Assembly (NCBI GenBank): GCA_965204755.1
Contig: OZ242011.1
Span: 32,001 to 96,000, forward strand
Reading direction: 5' to 3'
DNA length: 64,000 nucleotides
DNA from: Candidatus Marinacidobacterium sp.
GTDB lineage: Bacteria > Acidobacteriota > Vicinamibacteria > Marinacidobacterales > Marinacidobacteraceae
The position numbers were made by a program, and so were the translations under genes. The notes below the pieces were generated by a model. It saw only the letters and a list, made by a program, of their open reading frames with translations. It searched no databases and was not told the DNA's origin. Below, piece by piece: positions 1-9,463 of this stretch (positions within the stretch are counted from its first letter, which is position 1; each line of letters begins with the position of its first letter).

Positions 1-2073
1 GGGCTGGGGCTGGAGCGGCTCGCGGCGGTCCTGCAGGGAGCGGCGTCCAACTACGACACCGACCTCTTCTCCGGGCTGACCGCCGCCGTCCGCGAGCGCT
101 CGGCCGCCGGCGCCGACCCGGACACGGTCCTCGCCGCTTCGCGCGTCCTCGCCGACCACACCCGCGCCGCGGCCTTCCTCATCACCGACGGCGTCCTCCC
201 GGCGAACGACGGACGGGGCTATGTGCTGAGGAAGATCCTCCGCCGGGCGCTCCGCCACGGGCGGAAGGCCGGTCTCGAACCCCCGTTCCTGCCCGCCTTG
301 GCGGAAGCGGCCATCGCCGAGATGGAACCCGCCTGGCCCGAACTCGACCGGTCGCGCGACCTGGTCGGCCGGGTCCTCGCCTTCGAGGAGGAGCGGTTCT
401 CCGGCGCCCTCGCCACCGCCATGACCCAGTTGGACCGCGTCCTCGCGGCCGGCCGCGAAACCGGGGCCGGCGAGGTCTCCGGTTCGGACGCCTTCCGCCT
501 CTACGACACCTTCGGGCTGCCCCTCGACCTGGTGGAGGAAGTGGCGCGGGAGAGCGGACTCCCGGTGGACCGGGACGGCTTCGAGGAGCGGATGCGCGAG
601 CAGCGGGAGCGCGCGCGGCGCAGTTGGAAGGGTCGGCCCGGCGCCGGGGCCGGCGAGTCGGCGGCCTACCGCGCCGCGGTGGGTGACCTCGAACCCCGCT
701 TCCTCGGCTACGACGCGACGGAAACCGACGGCGCCCGGGTCGCCGCCGCCTTCCGCGCCGCCGATTCCCCGGACTCCGGGAGCGCCCCGGCCCGGGTCCC
801 CGCCCTCGGAGCCGGCGAAGCGGGCGAAGTGATCCTGGAAGAGACGCCCTTCTACCCGGAGGGCGGCGGGCAGGTCGGCGACCGGGGCCTCCTGCGCGGC
901 CCGAACGGGACCGCCGAAGTCACGGACACCCGGACGCGCGACGGCCTGGTGGTGCACTCGGTCCGCGTCCGGCAGGGCGAGATCGCCGCCGGGGAGCGGC
1001 TCGAAGCCTTCGTGGACGCCGCCCGCCGCACCGGGGCCGCCGGCCACCACACGATGACCCACCTGCTCCACGCCGCGCTCCGGGACATCCTGGGGCTCCA
1101 TGTGAAGCAGGCCGGTTCGCTGGTGGCGCCCACCCGCCTGCGGTTCGACTTCACCCACTTCGCCCCGCTCTCGCCGGCGGAGATCGAGTCCGTCGAAGGC
1201 CGGGTGAACGAGCAGATCCGGGCGAACCGCGAAGTCCTCGCCGCGGTGATGCCGCTCGACGAGGCGCTCCGCCGGGGCGCCCTGGCCTTCTTCGGCGACC
1301 GCTACGGCGCGGAGGTCCGGGTGATCGAGATCCCCGCCTTCAGCATGGAACTCTGCGGCGGCACCCACCTCGGCGCGACCGGGGAGGCCGGCCTCTTCGC
1401 GGTCGTCTCCGAGGAGTCGGTCTCCGCCGGCGTCCGCCGCCTCGAAGCCCTGACCGGCCCGGCGGCGCTCGACCACCTGCTCACCGGCCGCCGCCTGCTC
1501 CGGGCGGCCGGCCGCGCGGCGAGGAGCGCTCCCGAGAACCTGGCCGAAAAAGTGGCCCGACTGCAGGAGGACCTCAAGCGGGCGGAGCGGCAGGCCGAGC
1601 GCTTGCGCGACCGGCTGGCCGCCGCCCGGGTCGGCGGCGGCGGCGAGGCGGAGGACATCGAGGACATCGAGGACATAGGGGGCGTGACCGTGTGGCTGCC
1701 GAAGCCGCTGGAGGACGCCTCCCAACACGAACACCGCCGATTGGTGGACGCCTTCCGCGACCGCCGGGCCGGCGCCAACGGGAACGGCCGCCCCTGGGTG
1801 GCGGTCTCCGCGAACATCCGGAGCGGACGCGCCGCGGTGATCGCCGCCGTTTCCGAGGATCTCGAGGGGGCCCTGCCGGCGAACCGCCTGCTCGGCGCCG
1901 CGGTGGAAGCGATCGGCGGCCGCGGCGGCGGTCGCCCCCACCGGGCCGAGGGCGGCGGGCCGAATCCCGCCGGCCTCCCGGCGCTGAACGATCGGGTCCG
2001 GGAGGCCGTGCGCCGCCTCTCGGCTTCCGGGCCGACGACCGACCCCTCCGACGCCCGGGGTTCCGGGACCTGA
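1..2073 (+). CDS. alaS: Alanine--tRNA ligase, 5'-truncated by the window edge
   Basis: The frame is open from base 1 (GLGLERLAAVLQG..NYDTDLF). Motifs: GRGYVLRKILRRA, AFRLYDTFGLP, TPFYPEGGGQVGD, HTMTHLLHAALR, QAGSLVAPTRLRFDF, SMELCGGTH and a C-terminal GGRGGG DHHA1 region. Confidence 0.98.
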   Translation, partial: GLGLERLAAVLQGAASNYDTDLFSGLTAAVRERSAAGADPDTVLAASRVLADHTRAAAFLITDGVLPANDGRGYVLRKILRRALRHGRKAGLEPPFLPALAEAAIAEMEPAWPELDRSRDLVGRVLAFEEERFSGALATAMTQLDRVLAAGRETGAGEVSGSDAFRLYDTFGLPLDLVEEVARESGLPVDRDGFEERMREQRERARRSWKGRPGAGAGESAAYRAAVGDLEPRFLGYDATETDGARVAAAFRAADSPDSGSAPARVPALGAGEAGEVILEETPFYPEGGGQVGDRGLLRGPNGTAEVTDTRTRDGLVVHSVRVRQGEIAAGERLEAFVDAARRTGAAGHHTMTHLLHAALRDILGLHVKQAGSLVAPTRLRFDFTHFAPLSPAEIESVEGRVNEQIRANREVLAAVMPLDEALRRGALAFFGDRYGAEVRVIEIPAFSMELCGGTHLGATGEAGLFAVVSEESVSAGVRRLEALTGPAALDHLLTGRRLLRAAGRAARSAPENLAEKVARLQEDLKRAERQAERLRDRLAAARVGGGGEAEDIEDIEDIGGVTVWLPKPLEDASQHEHRRLVDAFRDRRAGANGNGRPWVAVSANIRSGRAAVIAAVSEDLEGALPANRLLGAAVEAIGGRGGGRPHRAEGGGPNPAGLPALNDRVREAVRRLSASGPTTDPSDARGSGT

Positions 2074-2140
2074 CCCGGGGGGCCGGGAAGGCGCCGCGCA
2101 CCCGCCGCGCGGCGCAGCCGGTCGTGAGGTTGCCGGCGCG

Positions 2141-3220
2141 GTGAAGATGCCGACGCGGGCGGGGCTCCCGCGCGGGAGGTTCTTCTGGGAGGCGCTGTGG
2201 CGCTCCGGCCTCTCGGCGGCGATCGGCCGCCGCTACGGCGGGGTCGGCTCCGTCTTCATGTTCCACCGCGTGCTTCCCGCCGGGGCGGCGAAGTTCCGGG
2301 ACGACCTGGCGGTTACCGACCGCTTCCTCCGCGCCTTCCTCTCGTTCCTGCGCCGGCGGCGCATCGAAGTCCTCTCCCTCGACGACGCGGTCGAGACGCT
2401 TCGCGGCGCGAGGCCGAGGCCCGACGGGCAGCCCTTCGTCGCGCTCACCTTCGACGACGGATACGCGGACACCCTCCTCCGCGCCGCGCCGCTGCTCGAG
2501 GAGTTCGGCGCCCCGTTCACGGTGCATGTGACCACCGAGATGGTGGAGAACGGCGAATCGCTCTGGTGGCCGGCGCTGGAACGCCTGCTCCGGCGCCGCG
2601 ACCTCCTGGACATCCCCGCGATGGAGCGGCGGTTCCGGATCCCGTCGGCCCGGGCCAAGGCGGCCGCCCTCCGGCGCGTCTCGAAGTGGGTCACGGGCGA
2701 TCCCGCCGGCCGCGCCCCGCTGCTGCGACCGGTCTTCCGGCGGTACGGCGTGTCCCCCGCCGAGGCGGCGGCGGAAGAGGGCCTCTCGCGGGCCCAACTG
2801 CGGGAATTGGCCGCGAACCCGCTCGCCACGATCGGCGGTCACACCGGGAGCCACCCCGACCTGACCCAACTCGCCGGACCCGAGGCGGCCCGGGAGATCA
2901 CGGAGAACAAGGCCTATCTCGAACGGGTGTGCGGCCGGCCGGTCGAGCACTTCGCCCTGCCCTACGGGCGCGGCGGCCCGAGGGAATTCGCGATGGCCGC
3001 CGAAGCCGGCTTCCGCACCGCGCTGACCACCCGGAGCGGCGCCCTCTTCCCCGAACACGCCGCGGGCCGGGCCGATCTCCCGCTGCGCCTCCCGCGCCAC
3101 ACCGCGGACGGTTCCCGGATGTGGCTGAGTTTCATGGAAGCCCAGCGGCGCGGCGCGAGGCGCTTCCTGGAGAGCCCCTTCGGCCCCCCGGCGGTCGGGA
3201 CGGAGCGGGATTCGGGGTGA
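2141..3220 (+). CDS. Polysaccharide deacetylase (CE4/NodB-like)
   Basis: FMFHRV, ALTFDDGYAD, IGGHTGSHPDL and HFALPYG motifs. Confidence 0.9.
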   Translation: MKMPTRAGLPRGRFFWEALWRSGLSAAIGRRYGGVGSVFMFHRVLPAGAAKFRDDLAVTDRFLRAFLSFLRRRRIEVLSLDDAVETLRGARPRPDGQPFVALTFDDGYADTLLRAAPLLEEFGAPFTVHVTTEMVENGESLWWPALERLLRRRDLLDIPAMERRFRIPSARAKAAALRRVSKWVTGDPAGRAPLLRPVFRRYGVSPAEAAAEEGLSRAQLRELAANPLATIGGHTGSHPDLTQLAGPEAAREITENKAYLERVCGRPVEHFALPYGRGGPREFAMAAEAGFRTALTTRSGALFPEHAAGRADLPLRLPRHTADGSRMWLSFMEAQRRGARRFLESPFGPPAVGTERDSG

Positions 3221-3322
3221 GGGGCGCTCACCGACGGGCGGCGCCGTTCTCCCGTCCCGATCCGCCCCCGGTTCGGGCCCGCCCCGACCCGCCCCGTTTC
3301 CGGAGCCGACGGAACGCTCCCG

Positions 3323-5038
3323 ATGGGTACCCTCCCGCCCCATGAGCGCGGCGCGGGGCGACCGTCGGCGGTGGTAGTCCCCCGGCGAACGAGCGAAAGG
3401 GTGTCCGGCGGCTCCTCCCGGGACTCCGGCCCGCCGCCGAACACCGCCCGTTACAACGACTGGCGCGCGGTCGCGGTCGCTCCGCCGGACTTCACCCCGC
3501 AACTGGCGGTGAGCGTCGTGATCCCGGCCTGCCGGCCCCCGGCCGCCGTGCTGGCCCGGACGCTCGCCGCGCTGGAGCGGCAGACCTACCCCCGGCGCCT
3601 CTTCGAGGTCGTGGTGGTGGACGACGGCTCCGACCCGCCCGCCGCCCTCCCGCAGGAGCCGCCGTTCGCCTGCCGGATCGTCCGCCAGCCGCGCCGGGGG
3701 TTCGGGCTGGCCCGGGCCCGGAACACCGGGGCGCGGGCCGCTTCCCACCCGATCCTCCTCTTCCTCGACTGCGATGTGCTCGTGGAGTCCTCCTGGATCG
3801 CCGCGCACGCGAGATGGCACCACGCGGTCTCCGATGCGGTGAGCGTGGCCCGCTGCGCCGATGTCCCCCTCGACGGCCCGCTGGGAGGACTCGACGCCGA
3901 CGCGGTCCGCGCCCGGGCCGGCGCCTTCGCCGACCTGCTGTCCGCGGGCGGCGGCGCCGCGCCCCGGCCCGGCGAGGGACACCTCCTCCGCACCGGCGGC
4001 CTGACTTCCCGCGCCGACGATCCCTACCGGGCGCTCCTCGGGGGGAATTTCGGCATCGGCCGCGCCTTCTACGAGTCGCTCGGCGGACACGACGAGTCCT
4101 TCACCCGGTGGGGCATGGAGGAGATCGAGTTCGGCTACCGCGCCTACCTCCGGGGCGCCCTCTTCGCGCCCGTCCCCGAGGCCTCCGCCTGGCACCAGGG
4201 CGTGAAGAGCGCCGAGCGGCGGGAGGAGGACGAAGCGAGCCTCCGCCTGCAGCGGGCGAAGTGCGCGCATCTCATCGCCCACCGCGGGATGAGGAAACGC
4301 CGGCCCGGCCGCGTCTTCTCCGTCCCCCAACTCGTGGTGACGATCCCCGTCGCCGCGGCGCTCCGGACCGGCGGAGGGCCCGACGCGCTCCTCCGGGCGG
4401 TGCTCGCGCTCCTCGCGGACCGCTTCCACGACCTGGTCGTCCGCCTCGAGATTCCCCCCGGCGACGCCTCCGCCGAATCACCGCCCGACGCCGCGCTCCG
4501 GGAGAGTCTCGGCCCCGACCCGCGCGTGTTCTTCTCCTCCGGCGGTTCGGCGCTCGACGACTTCCCGGCGTCCCCCTTCCACCTCCGCCTCCCCCCGGCC
4601 GCGGTGGAGCGCGGTTTCCGCCCGGACATCGCGCTCCGGCTCATGAAGCGCCTCGGCGACGCGGTAACCGCCCGCGCGGCCCTCCCGGACGGAACCGCGG
4701 TGACGCTCACCCGAACTTTCGCCCTCCACCGGGCGCGCCGGGCCGGCGGGGCCCCCGCCGACTACGGGGACGCGAAGGAACTCCCCGCCGCCGCGGCGGG
4801 ACTCCGGCTCGCCCGGCCCCGCGCCCGGGCGCGCCGCCGGCGGTCGGCCTACCCGGTGGACTACCCGCGGCCGCTCGCGCGGCTGGTCGGTCGGGTGCGC
4901 GAGATCCGCGGGATCGCCGGATTCGGGCTCTTCCTCCGGTGGGGCCTGGCCGCCGCCGGGCGGACGCTCGTTGACCGGGCCCGGCGCGTCGGGCGGAGGG
5001 CCGGCGGCCTCCGGACGGATCACGGGGGCGGCCCATGA
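3323..5038 (+). CDS. GT2 family glycosyltransferase with C-terminal extension (start uncertain)
   Basis: VSVVIPA, EVVVVDDGS, ARARNTGA, FLDCD and GGHDESFTRWGMEEIEFGYR. The stop overlaps the next ATG (ATGA). Confidence 0.88.
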   Translation: MGTLPPHERGAGRPSAVVVPRRTSERVSGGSSRDSGPPPNTARYNDWRAVAVAPPDFTPQLAVSVVIPACRPPAAVLARTLAALERQTYPRRLFEVVVVDDGSDPPAALPQEPPFACRIVRQPRRGFGLARARNTGARAASHPILLFLDCDVLVESSWIAAHARWHHAVSDAVSVARCADVPLDGPLGGLDADAVRARAGAFADLLSAGGGAAPRPGEGHLLRTGGLTSRADDPYRALLGGNFGIGRAFYESLGGHDESFTRWGMEEIEFGYRAYLRGALFAPVPEASAWHQGVKSAERREEDEASLRLQRAKCAHLIAHRGMRKRRPGRVFSVPQLVVTIPVAAALRTGGGPDALLRAVLALLADRFHDLVVRLEIPPGDASAESPPDAALRESLGPDPRVFFSSGGSALDDFPASPFHLRLPPAAVERGFRPDIALRLMKRLGDAVTARAALPDGTAVTLTRTFALHRARRAGGAPADYGDAKELPAAAAGLRLARPRARARRRRSAYPVDYPRPLARLVGRVREIRGIAGFGLFLRWGLAAAGRTLVDRARRVGRRAGGLRTDHGGGP

Positions 5039-6216
5039 AGGTGCTCTGGATCGATCCGCTGAACACGAACCCGCACTTCGTGAACCTCCTGTCGCTCGCG
5101 CTCGGCGACGCCGGGCACGAGGTCGAAGTGTGCTCGGTCGTCCGCGAGGGGCATCCGCCGCCGCCCGGAGTCCGCTGGTCGCCGTTCATGCGGTTCCGCC
5201 CTCCCCCGTCCTCGCTGAAGAAGAGCGCGCTGACCACGCTCCGCGCCCTCGCGTCCTACCGCTTCTGCTGGCGCCGGGCGATCCGCAAGGCGCGGGCGGC
5301 GGGAGCGGGCTCGGTGCTGGTTACCACGAACCTGACCCTCTGGCGGAGCGACACGCGGGCGGTCCGGCGCCTCCGGCGGCTGGGCATCGCCCCGGTGGTC
5401 ATCGCGCACCGCCCCTACCAGGGGGTCTTCGAAGACCCCCTGGGCGAGCGCGCCACCCGGTTCGGCGGCTTCTACCGCTCGGCGGCGCGCATCCTCACCA
5501 TGACCTCCTTCGTCCGGGAGTGGATCGAGGCCAACTACCACCCGGCGCCGGCGCCCGTCCAGTTCCCGCACCCCCACTTCGGCCCCCTGCTGGATCGGGT
5601 TTCGGCGGACGAGGCCCTCTCCCGCCGACTCGCCGCCTGGGCCGGCGGCGCGCCGGTGATCGGCTTCCTGTCGAACATGCGCCCCGAACAGGGCCTGGAG
5701 GTCCTCCTCGCCGCCCTGCCCCGCCTCCCGGCGGAACTCGCGGACTGGCGGCTGCTCCTCGTTTCCTCCGGCGGAAGCCGCAGCCAGGTCGAGGCGGTCG
5801 AACGCCGCCTGGCGGAGAGCGGCTTCCGGGACCGCGTCTTCTGCCGCTTCGACACCTACTCGCCGCCGGAACTCAAGGCCTATGTCGAGGCCTCGAGCGT
5901 GGTCGCGACCCCCTACTCCCAAGCCACCCAGAGCGGCGTGCTCGCCCTCGCCGCCGGCGCCGGCCGGCCGGTGGTGGCCACCGAAGTGGGCGGCCTGCCG
6001 GAGATGGTGCGGCCCGGCGTGAACGGCGAATTGGCCCCCTCCCGGAGCCCGGCGGCGCTGGCGGCGGCGCTCGGGCGCGTCCTGGGCCGCCTCGACCGCT
6101 ACCGGGAAGGGTCCCTCGCCTGCCGCGAGGAGATCTATTCCCCGGGGAAGGCCGCGGCCGAGGTGGCCGACGCGCTCCGGGCGGCCGCCGCCGAAGCGGC
6201 GGCCGACCGGCCTTGA
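5035..6216 (+). CDS. GT4 (GT-B fold) glycosyltransferase
   Basis: MKVLWID start. C-terminal PYSQATQSGVLALA..AGRPVVATEVGGLPEMV..GVNG motif. Confidence 0.9.
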   Translation: MKVLWIDPLNTNPHFVNLLSLALGDAGHEVEVCSVVREGHPPPPGVRWSPFMRFRPPPSSLKKSALTTLRALASYRFCWRRAIRKARAAGAGSVLVTTNLTLWRSDTRAVRRLRRLGIAPVVIAHRPYQGVFEDPLGERATRFGGFYRSAARILTMTSFVREWIEANYHPAPAPVQFPHPHFGPLLDRVSADEALSRRLAAWAGGAPVIGFLSNMRPEQGLEVLLAALPRLPAELADWRLLLVSSGGSRSQVEAVERRLAESGFRDRVFCRFDTYSPPELKAYVEASSVVATPYSQATQSGVLALAAGAGRPVVATEVGGLPEMVRPGVNGELAPSRSPAALAAALGRVLGRLDRYREGSLACREEIYSPGKAAAEVADALRAAAAEAAADRP

Positions 6217-6295
6217 GTACCCGGACCGCGGGCCGGCGGCGGCGATTCCCCCGCGGACGGTAGGCAGTCGACGCGGCGAAGGGGCGGCGAGGGAG

Positions 6296-8491
6296 ATGAC
6301 GCCCGACCTCCCGCCGGGCTCGTCCCCGGCGCCCTCCGCGAACGGGGACGAGCGCTCCCTTTCCCGGAGGGCGCTCGATCGGATACGGGTGGCGGGCTGG
6401 CGCCTGGAGAGCGCCGTCCGCAGCCGCCGCCGGCGCGCCGGATCGGTCACTTCGGTCCCACCCGGCGGGAGTTCCCCGGCCGGGGACGCGGCCCCCTCGT
6501 TCGATCTCCGCGGCTACCACCCGGTCGGCTGGCGCCGGGCGCACGACGGCGGGATCGGGGCGCTCGGCCCGCCGCGCCTCCTGCCGCCGCCCCCGCGGGC
6601 GCTCGGCGCCGTCCGGGATGTGGCCGGCGCCGGCCTCCGGCGGCTGCGCCGCCTCCACCATGTCCGGGACGCCGCCGGGTTCCACGCGGACGCCGATCGG
6701 CGCGCCGCGCTCCTCGCCCGCCTGGCCGCCGCGGGCGTCCTGGTCCACGCCGCGGACGAAAGCCCCGAACTCCGGGCCCGGCTCGACCCGGGCCTCTACC
6801 GCCGGTTGCGGACCGACCCCGCCGCCCTCGAGGACAGCCGACGCGAACTCCACGCGGTGGATCTCCGGCGCGCGGCCCTCCGGCTCCACTCCGGTTGGGC
6901 CCGCTCCGGACTCGCGGGAGGCCCGCCGCTCCCCCGCGTGTCCGTCCTGCTCGCCACCCGGCGCCCGGGGCACCTCGACTGGGCGCTTTCCCAGGTCGCC
7001 GGGCAGACCTACCCGGAAACGGAACTCGTCCTCGGCCTCCACGGGAACGGGTTCGAGTCCTTCGACCCACGGGGGGGCCTCCTGCCCCCGGACGCGCGGG
7101 TGATCCGTATTCCCGCCGAGAAGACGCTCGGAGGCGCGCTCCGGGTCATGAGCGGCGCGGCCGCCGGCCCCCTGCTCGCGAAGATGGACGACGACGACCT
7201 CTACGGCCCCGACCACCTGTGGGACCTGGTGCTCGCCCGCGAGTTTTCCCGCGCGGACCTCGTGGGCAAAGGGACGGAGTACGTGTTCCTCGCGGGAGAG
7301 GACCGCACGATCCAGTGGTGGAACGGCGAAAGCGAGCGCTACCAGCGCACCGTCGTGACCGGAGGGGCCGTGCTCCTCTCCGCCGGGACGCTCGCGGCCG
7401 TCGGGGGCTGGCGCGACATTCCCCGCGGAGTGGACAGGGCGCTGGCGGACGATGTTCGCCGTGCCGGCCGCAGGACCTACCGGACCCACGGCGCCGGGTA
7501 CCTGATGGTGCGGCACGGCGCGGGCCACACTTGGGACGACGGGGACTCGAGCGACCGGCGCCTCCTCGAGCGCGCCGACCGGGTCTGGGCCGGTTTCGAC
7601 CCGTCGCGGGCCGGGATCGCCCCGCCCGGACGCGCCCATCCGGCGCTGACCGCCCCCCCCCCCCCCCCCCCCCCCCCCCTCCCCCGGCTGCTGAGGAAGG
7701 CCGCTGACGGAAACGGCCTTCCGCGCCCGGCCGCCGGGGCCGACGGCCTTCTTCCGCCGGCCGCCCGCGCGGCCGCCGCTCGCGGCTACCGCCTCGCCCG
7801 GCGCGCCGGGCGCTTCGCGCTCCGGACCGACCGCCGGCTGGGGGCGCGGTATCTCGCCGACGCCGACGAACCCAAACTGCACCTCGGCTGCGGCGGACAC
7901 CTGCTGGCGGGTTGGCTGAACACCGACCTGCACCCCCGGAGCCCGTCGGTGCTCCGCCTGGACGCGACCTCCCGGTACCCGTTCCCGCCGGCGACCTTCC
8001 GCCATGTCTATACGGAACACTTCATCCATTTCCTGTCGCTCCCGGAAGCCGCCGCCATGCTGGAGGAGTGCCGCCGGGTGCTGGTTCCGGGCGGCCGCCT
8101 CCGCGTCGCGACGCCGGACCTGGCGTTCCTGCTGCGGCTCGCGGACCGATCCCCCTCCGCCGACCCGGAGCGCCGGGAGGAGTCGCGGCGGCTCGCCGAC
8201 CGGTACGCGGCCTGGCAGAGCGCCCGACTCGGACTCCCGGCCGGGCCGAACGGCTTGGTCGTCAACGCCTTCCTGCGCCACTGGGAGCATCGGTTCATCT
8301 ACGACCGGGAAACCCTGAAGTGGATGCTCTCGAGGTGCGGTTTCCGCTCCGTCGTCGAATGCGGCCTCGACGAGAGCGGCGAACCCGCGCTCCGCGGCCT
8401 CGCCCACTCGGAGCGGCTGCCGCCCGGCTTCCTGGCCCTCGAAACCCTGACCCTGGAGGCGGAGCGACCGGTCGAGCCCCCCTCCGCCTGA
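6296..8491 (+). CDS. GT2-like glycosyltransferase fused (across a C27 tract) to a class I SAM methyltransferase
   Basis: N-part: VSVLLATRRP..QTYP..AKMDDDDLYGPDHL..ADLVGK. C-part: KLHLGCGGHLLAGWLNTD..EECRRVLVPGGRLRVATPD. The junction is poly-Pro encoded by C27 at 7653-7679, so the fusion may be an artefact. Confidence 0.75.
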   Translation: MTPDLPPGSSPAPSANGDERSLSRRALDRIRVAGWRLESAVRSRRRRAGSVTSVPPGGSSPAGDAAPSFDLRGYHPVGWRRAHDGGIGALGPPRLLPPPPRALGAVRDVAGAGLRRLRRLHHVRDAAGFHADADRRAALLARLAAAGVLVHAADESPELRARLDPGLYRRLRTDPAALEDSRRELHAVDLRRAALRLHSGWARSGLAGGPPLPRVSVLLATRRPGHLDWALSQVAGQTYPETELVLGLHGNGFESFDPRGGLLPPDARVIRIPAEKTLGGALRVMSGAAAGPLLAKMDDDDLYGPDHLWDLVLAREFSRADLVGKGTEYVFLAGEDRTIQWWNGESERYQRTVVTGGAVLLSAGTLAAVGGWRDIPRGVDRALADDVRRAGRRTYRTHGAGYLMVRHGAGHTWDDGDSSDRRLLERADRVWAGFDPSRAGIAPPGRAHPALTAPPPPPPPPLPRLLRKAADGNGLPRPAAGADGLLPPAARAAAARGYRLARRAGRFALRTDRRLGARYLADADEPKLHLGCGGHLLAGWLNTDLHPRSPSVLRLDATSRYPFPPATFRHVYTEHFIHFLSLPEAAAMLEECRRVLVPGGRLRVATPDLAFLLRLADRSPSADPERREESRRLADRYAAWQSARLGLPAGPNGLVVNAFLRHWEHRFIYDRETLKWMLSRCGFRSVVECGLDESGEPALRGLAHSERLPPGFLALETLTLEAERPVEPPSA

Positions 8492-8556
8492 ACCCCCGAC
8501 CGCCGTCCGGGCGCTCGACCGGGCGGGATGACCGTAGAATTCCACCCGTAAACAGC

Positions 8557-8598
8557 GGCGGACGAACGGCCCCCGCCGGCGGACGAACGACCCCCGCC
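8557..8598. repeat. 21-bp direct repeat x2 upstream of the small-peptide gene
   Basis: ggcggacgaacggcccccgcc / ggcggacgaacgacccccgcc, downstream of a TAGAAT hexamer at 8535-8540. Confidence 0.7.
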
Positions 8599-8621
8599 GG
8601 CCCCCGCCGCCCGCCTCCCGC

Positions 8622-8849
8622 ATGGCCCCGTTTCCTCCCCACCTCTACATCGGCCCCGGCGCCGGCATCGGCGCCGTCGGCGCGATGTTGGCCCTGCTGG
8701 GGGCGTTCCTGCTGATGGTCGTCGGCCTCGTCTGGTATCCGGTGAGACGCCTTCGGGAGTGGCGCCGAGGAACCCGCGGCGGCGAGCGGCCCGGGCCCGG
8801 CGCGCCGCCCGCCGAAGACCGACGGCGCCGCTCCGGGTCCGGCAGTTGA
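8622..8849 (+). CDS. Small single-pass membrane protein with a YIGPGAG motif
   Basis: 75 aa: HLYIGPGAG, one hydrophobic helix, WYP and a basic tail. Its stop overlaps the TTG of the next ORF. Confidence 0.75.
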   Translation: MAPFPPHLYIGPGAGIGAVGAMLALLGAFLLMVVGLVWYPVRRLREWRRGTRGGERPGPGAPPAEDRRRRSGSGS

Positions 8850-9229
8850 CGGCCGCCTCCGCGCTCCTCGCGGCGGTGCTCTTCCTGCTCGCGCTCCGCC
8901 GCGCGCGGGTCGGGCGCTCCGCCCTCGAAGCGGCGGCCCTGGCCCGGGAAGCCTTCGCTTCGCTCGCCGCCCCCGGGCGGAGCGACGAGGAGAAGGCCCG
9001 ACTCGCCCGCCGGCGCTCCCTCGGGCTGCTGAAGCAGTCCGGGCGGATCACCGGGCGTCTCCTCGCCGCGGCCGCCGCGCCCGCGCTCCTGCTGCTCGCG
9101 TTGGACGCGGCGGGGATCTCCCGGTTGGCCGACGCCGCGGCGCTGCTCGCGAAGTGGGAAACCACGGTCGCCATCGGCGCCGCCGCCGCTGCCGCCGCCC
9201 TCTTCCACCGGCGCCGGGCCGCAGCCTGA
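8846..9229 (+). CDS. Hypothetical membrane protein (SDEEK motif) upstream of the sulfotransferase
   Basis: TTG start coupled to the upstream TGA. About three hydrophobic segments. Same frame as ORF 8759..9229. Confidence 0.65.
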   Translation: MTAASALLAAVLFLLALRRARVGRSALEAAALAREAFASLAAPGRSDEEKARLARRRSLGLLKQSGRITGRLLAAAAAPALLLLALDAAGISRLADAAALLAKWETTVAIGAAAAAAALFHRRRAAA

Positions 9230-9230
9230 G

Positions 9231-9451
9231 CGGCCCGTGGAGAAAGTCCGGAGAGCCCCCGTCGGCGCGAAGCGCCGACCGGGGAGGGGTGCGGGGAGGG
9301 GGTGGCCCCCTCCCCGCGATAGATGGCGGGGGGAATCGCGCAGCGATTCGCGCCGCCGGCCCGTGGGAAGAGCGCCCCGCCGCAAAGCGGAACGCGGACT
9401 TGGCGCCCTCGCGTCGAGGAGTGGACGGCGGGGCGCTTTTTCCACGGGCCG
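9231..9451. mobile_element. MITE-like non-autonomous element (221 bp) with terminal inverted repeats and a CTGAG flanking duplication
   Basis: Left agcggcccgtggagaaag (9229-9246) and right ctttttccacgggccgct (9436-9453) match 17/18 as inverted repeats. CTGAG lies on both flanks (9226-9230, 9452-9456). Internal hairpins gtcggcgc-gaa-gcgccgac and ggggagggg-gtggc-cccctcccc. A second partial copy lies at 56913-57010. Confidence 0.8.
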
Positions 9452-9463
9452 CTGAGGCGCCCC

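Noticed and set aside
8535-8540. TAGAAT as a sigma70 -10 box
   Set aside because: No properly spaced -35 or extended -10, so it is too weak to call.
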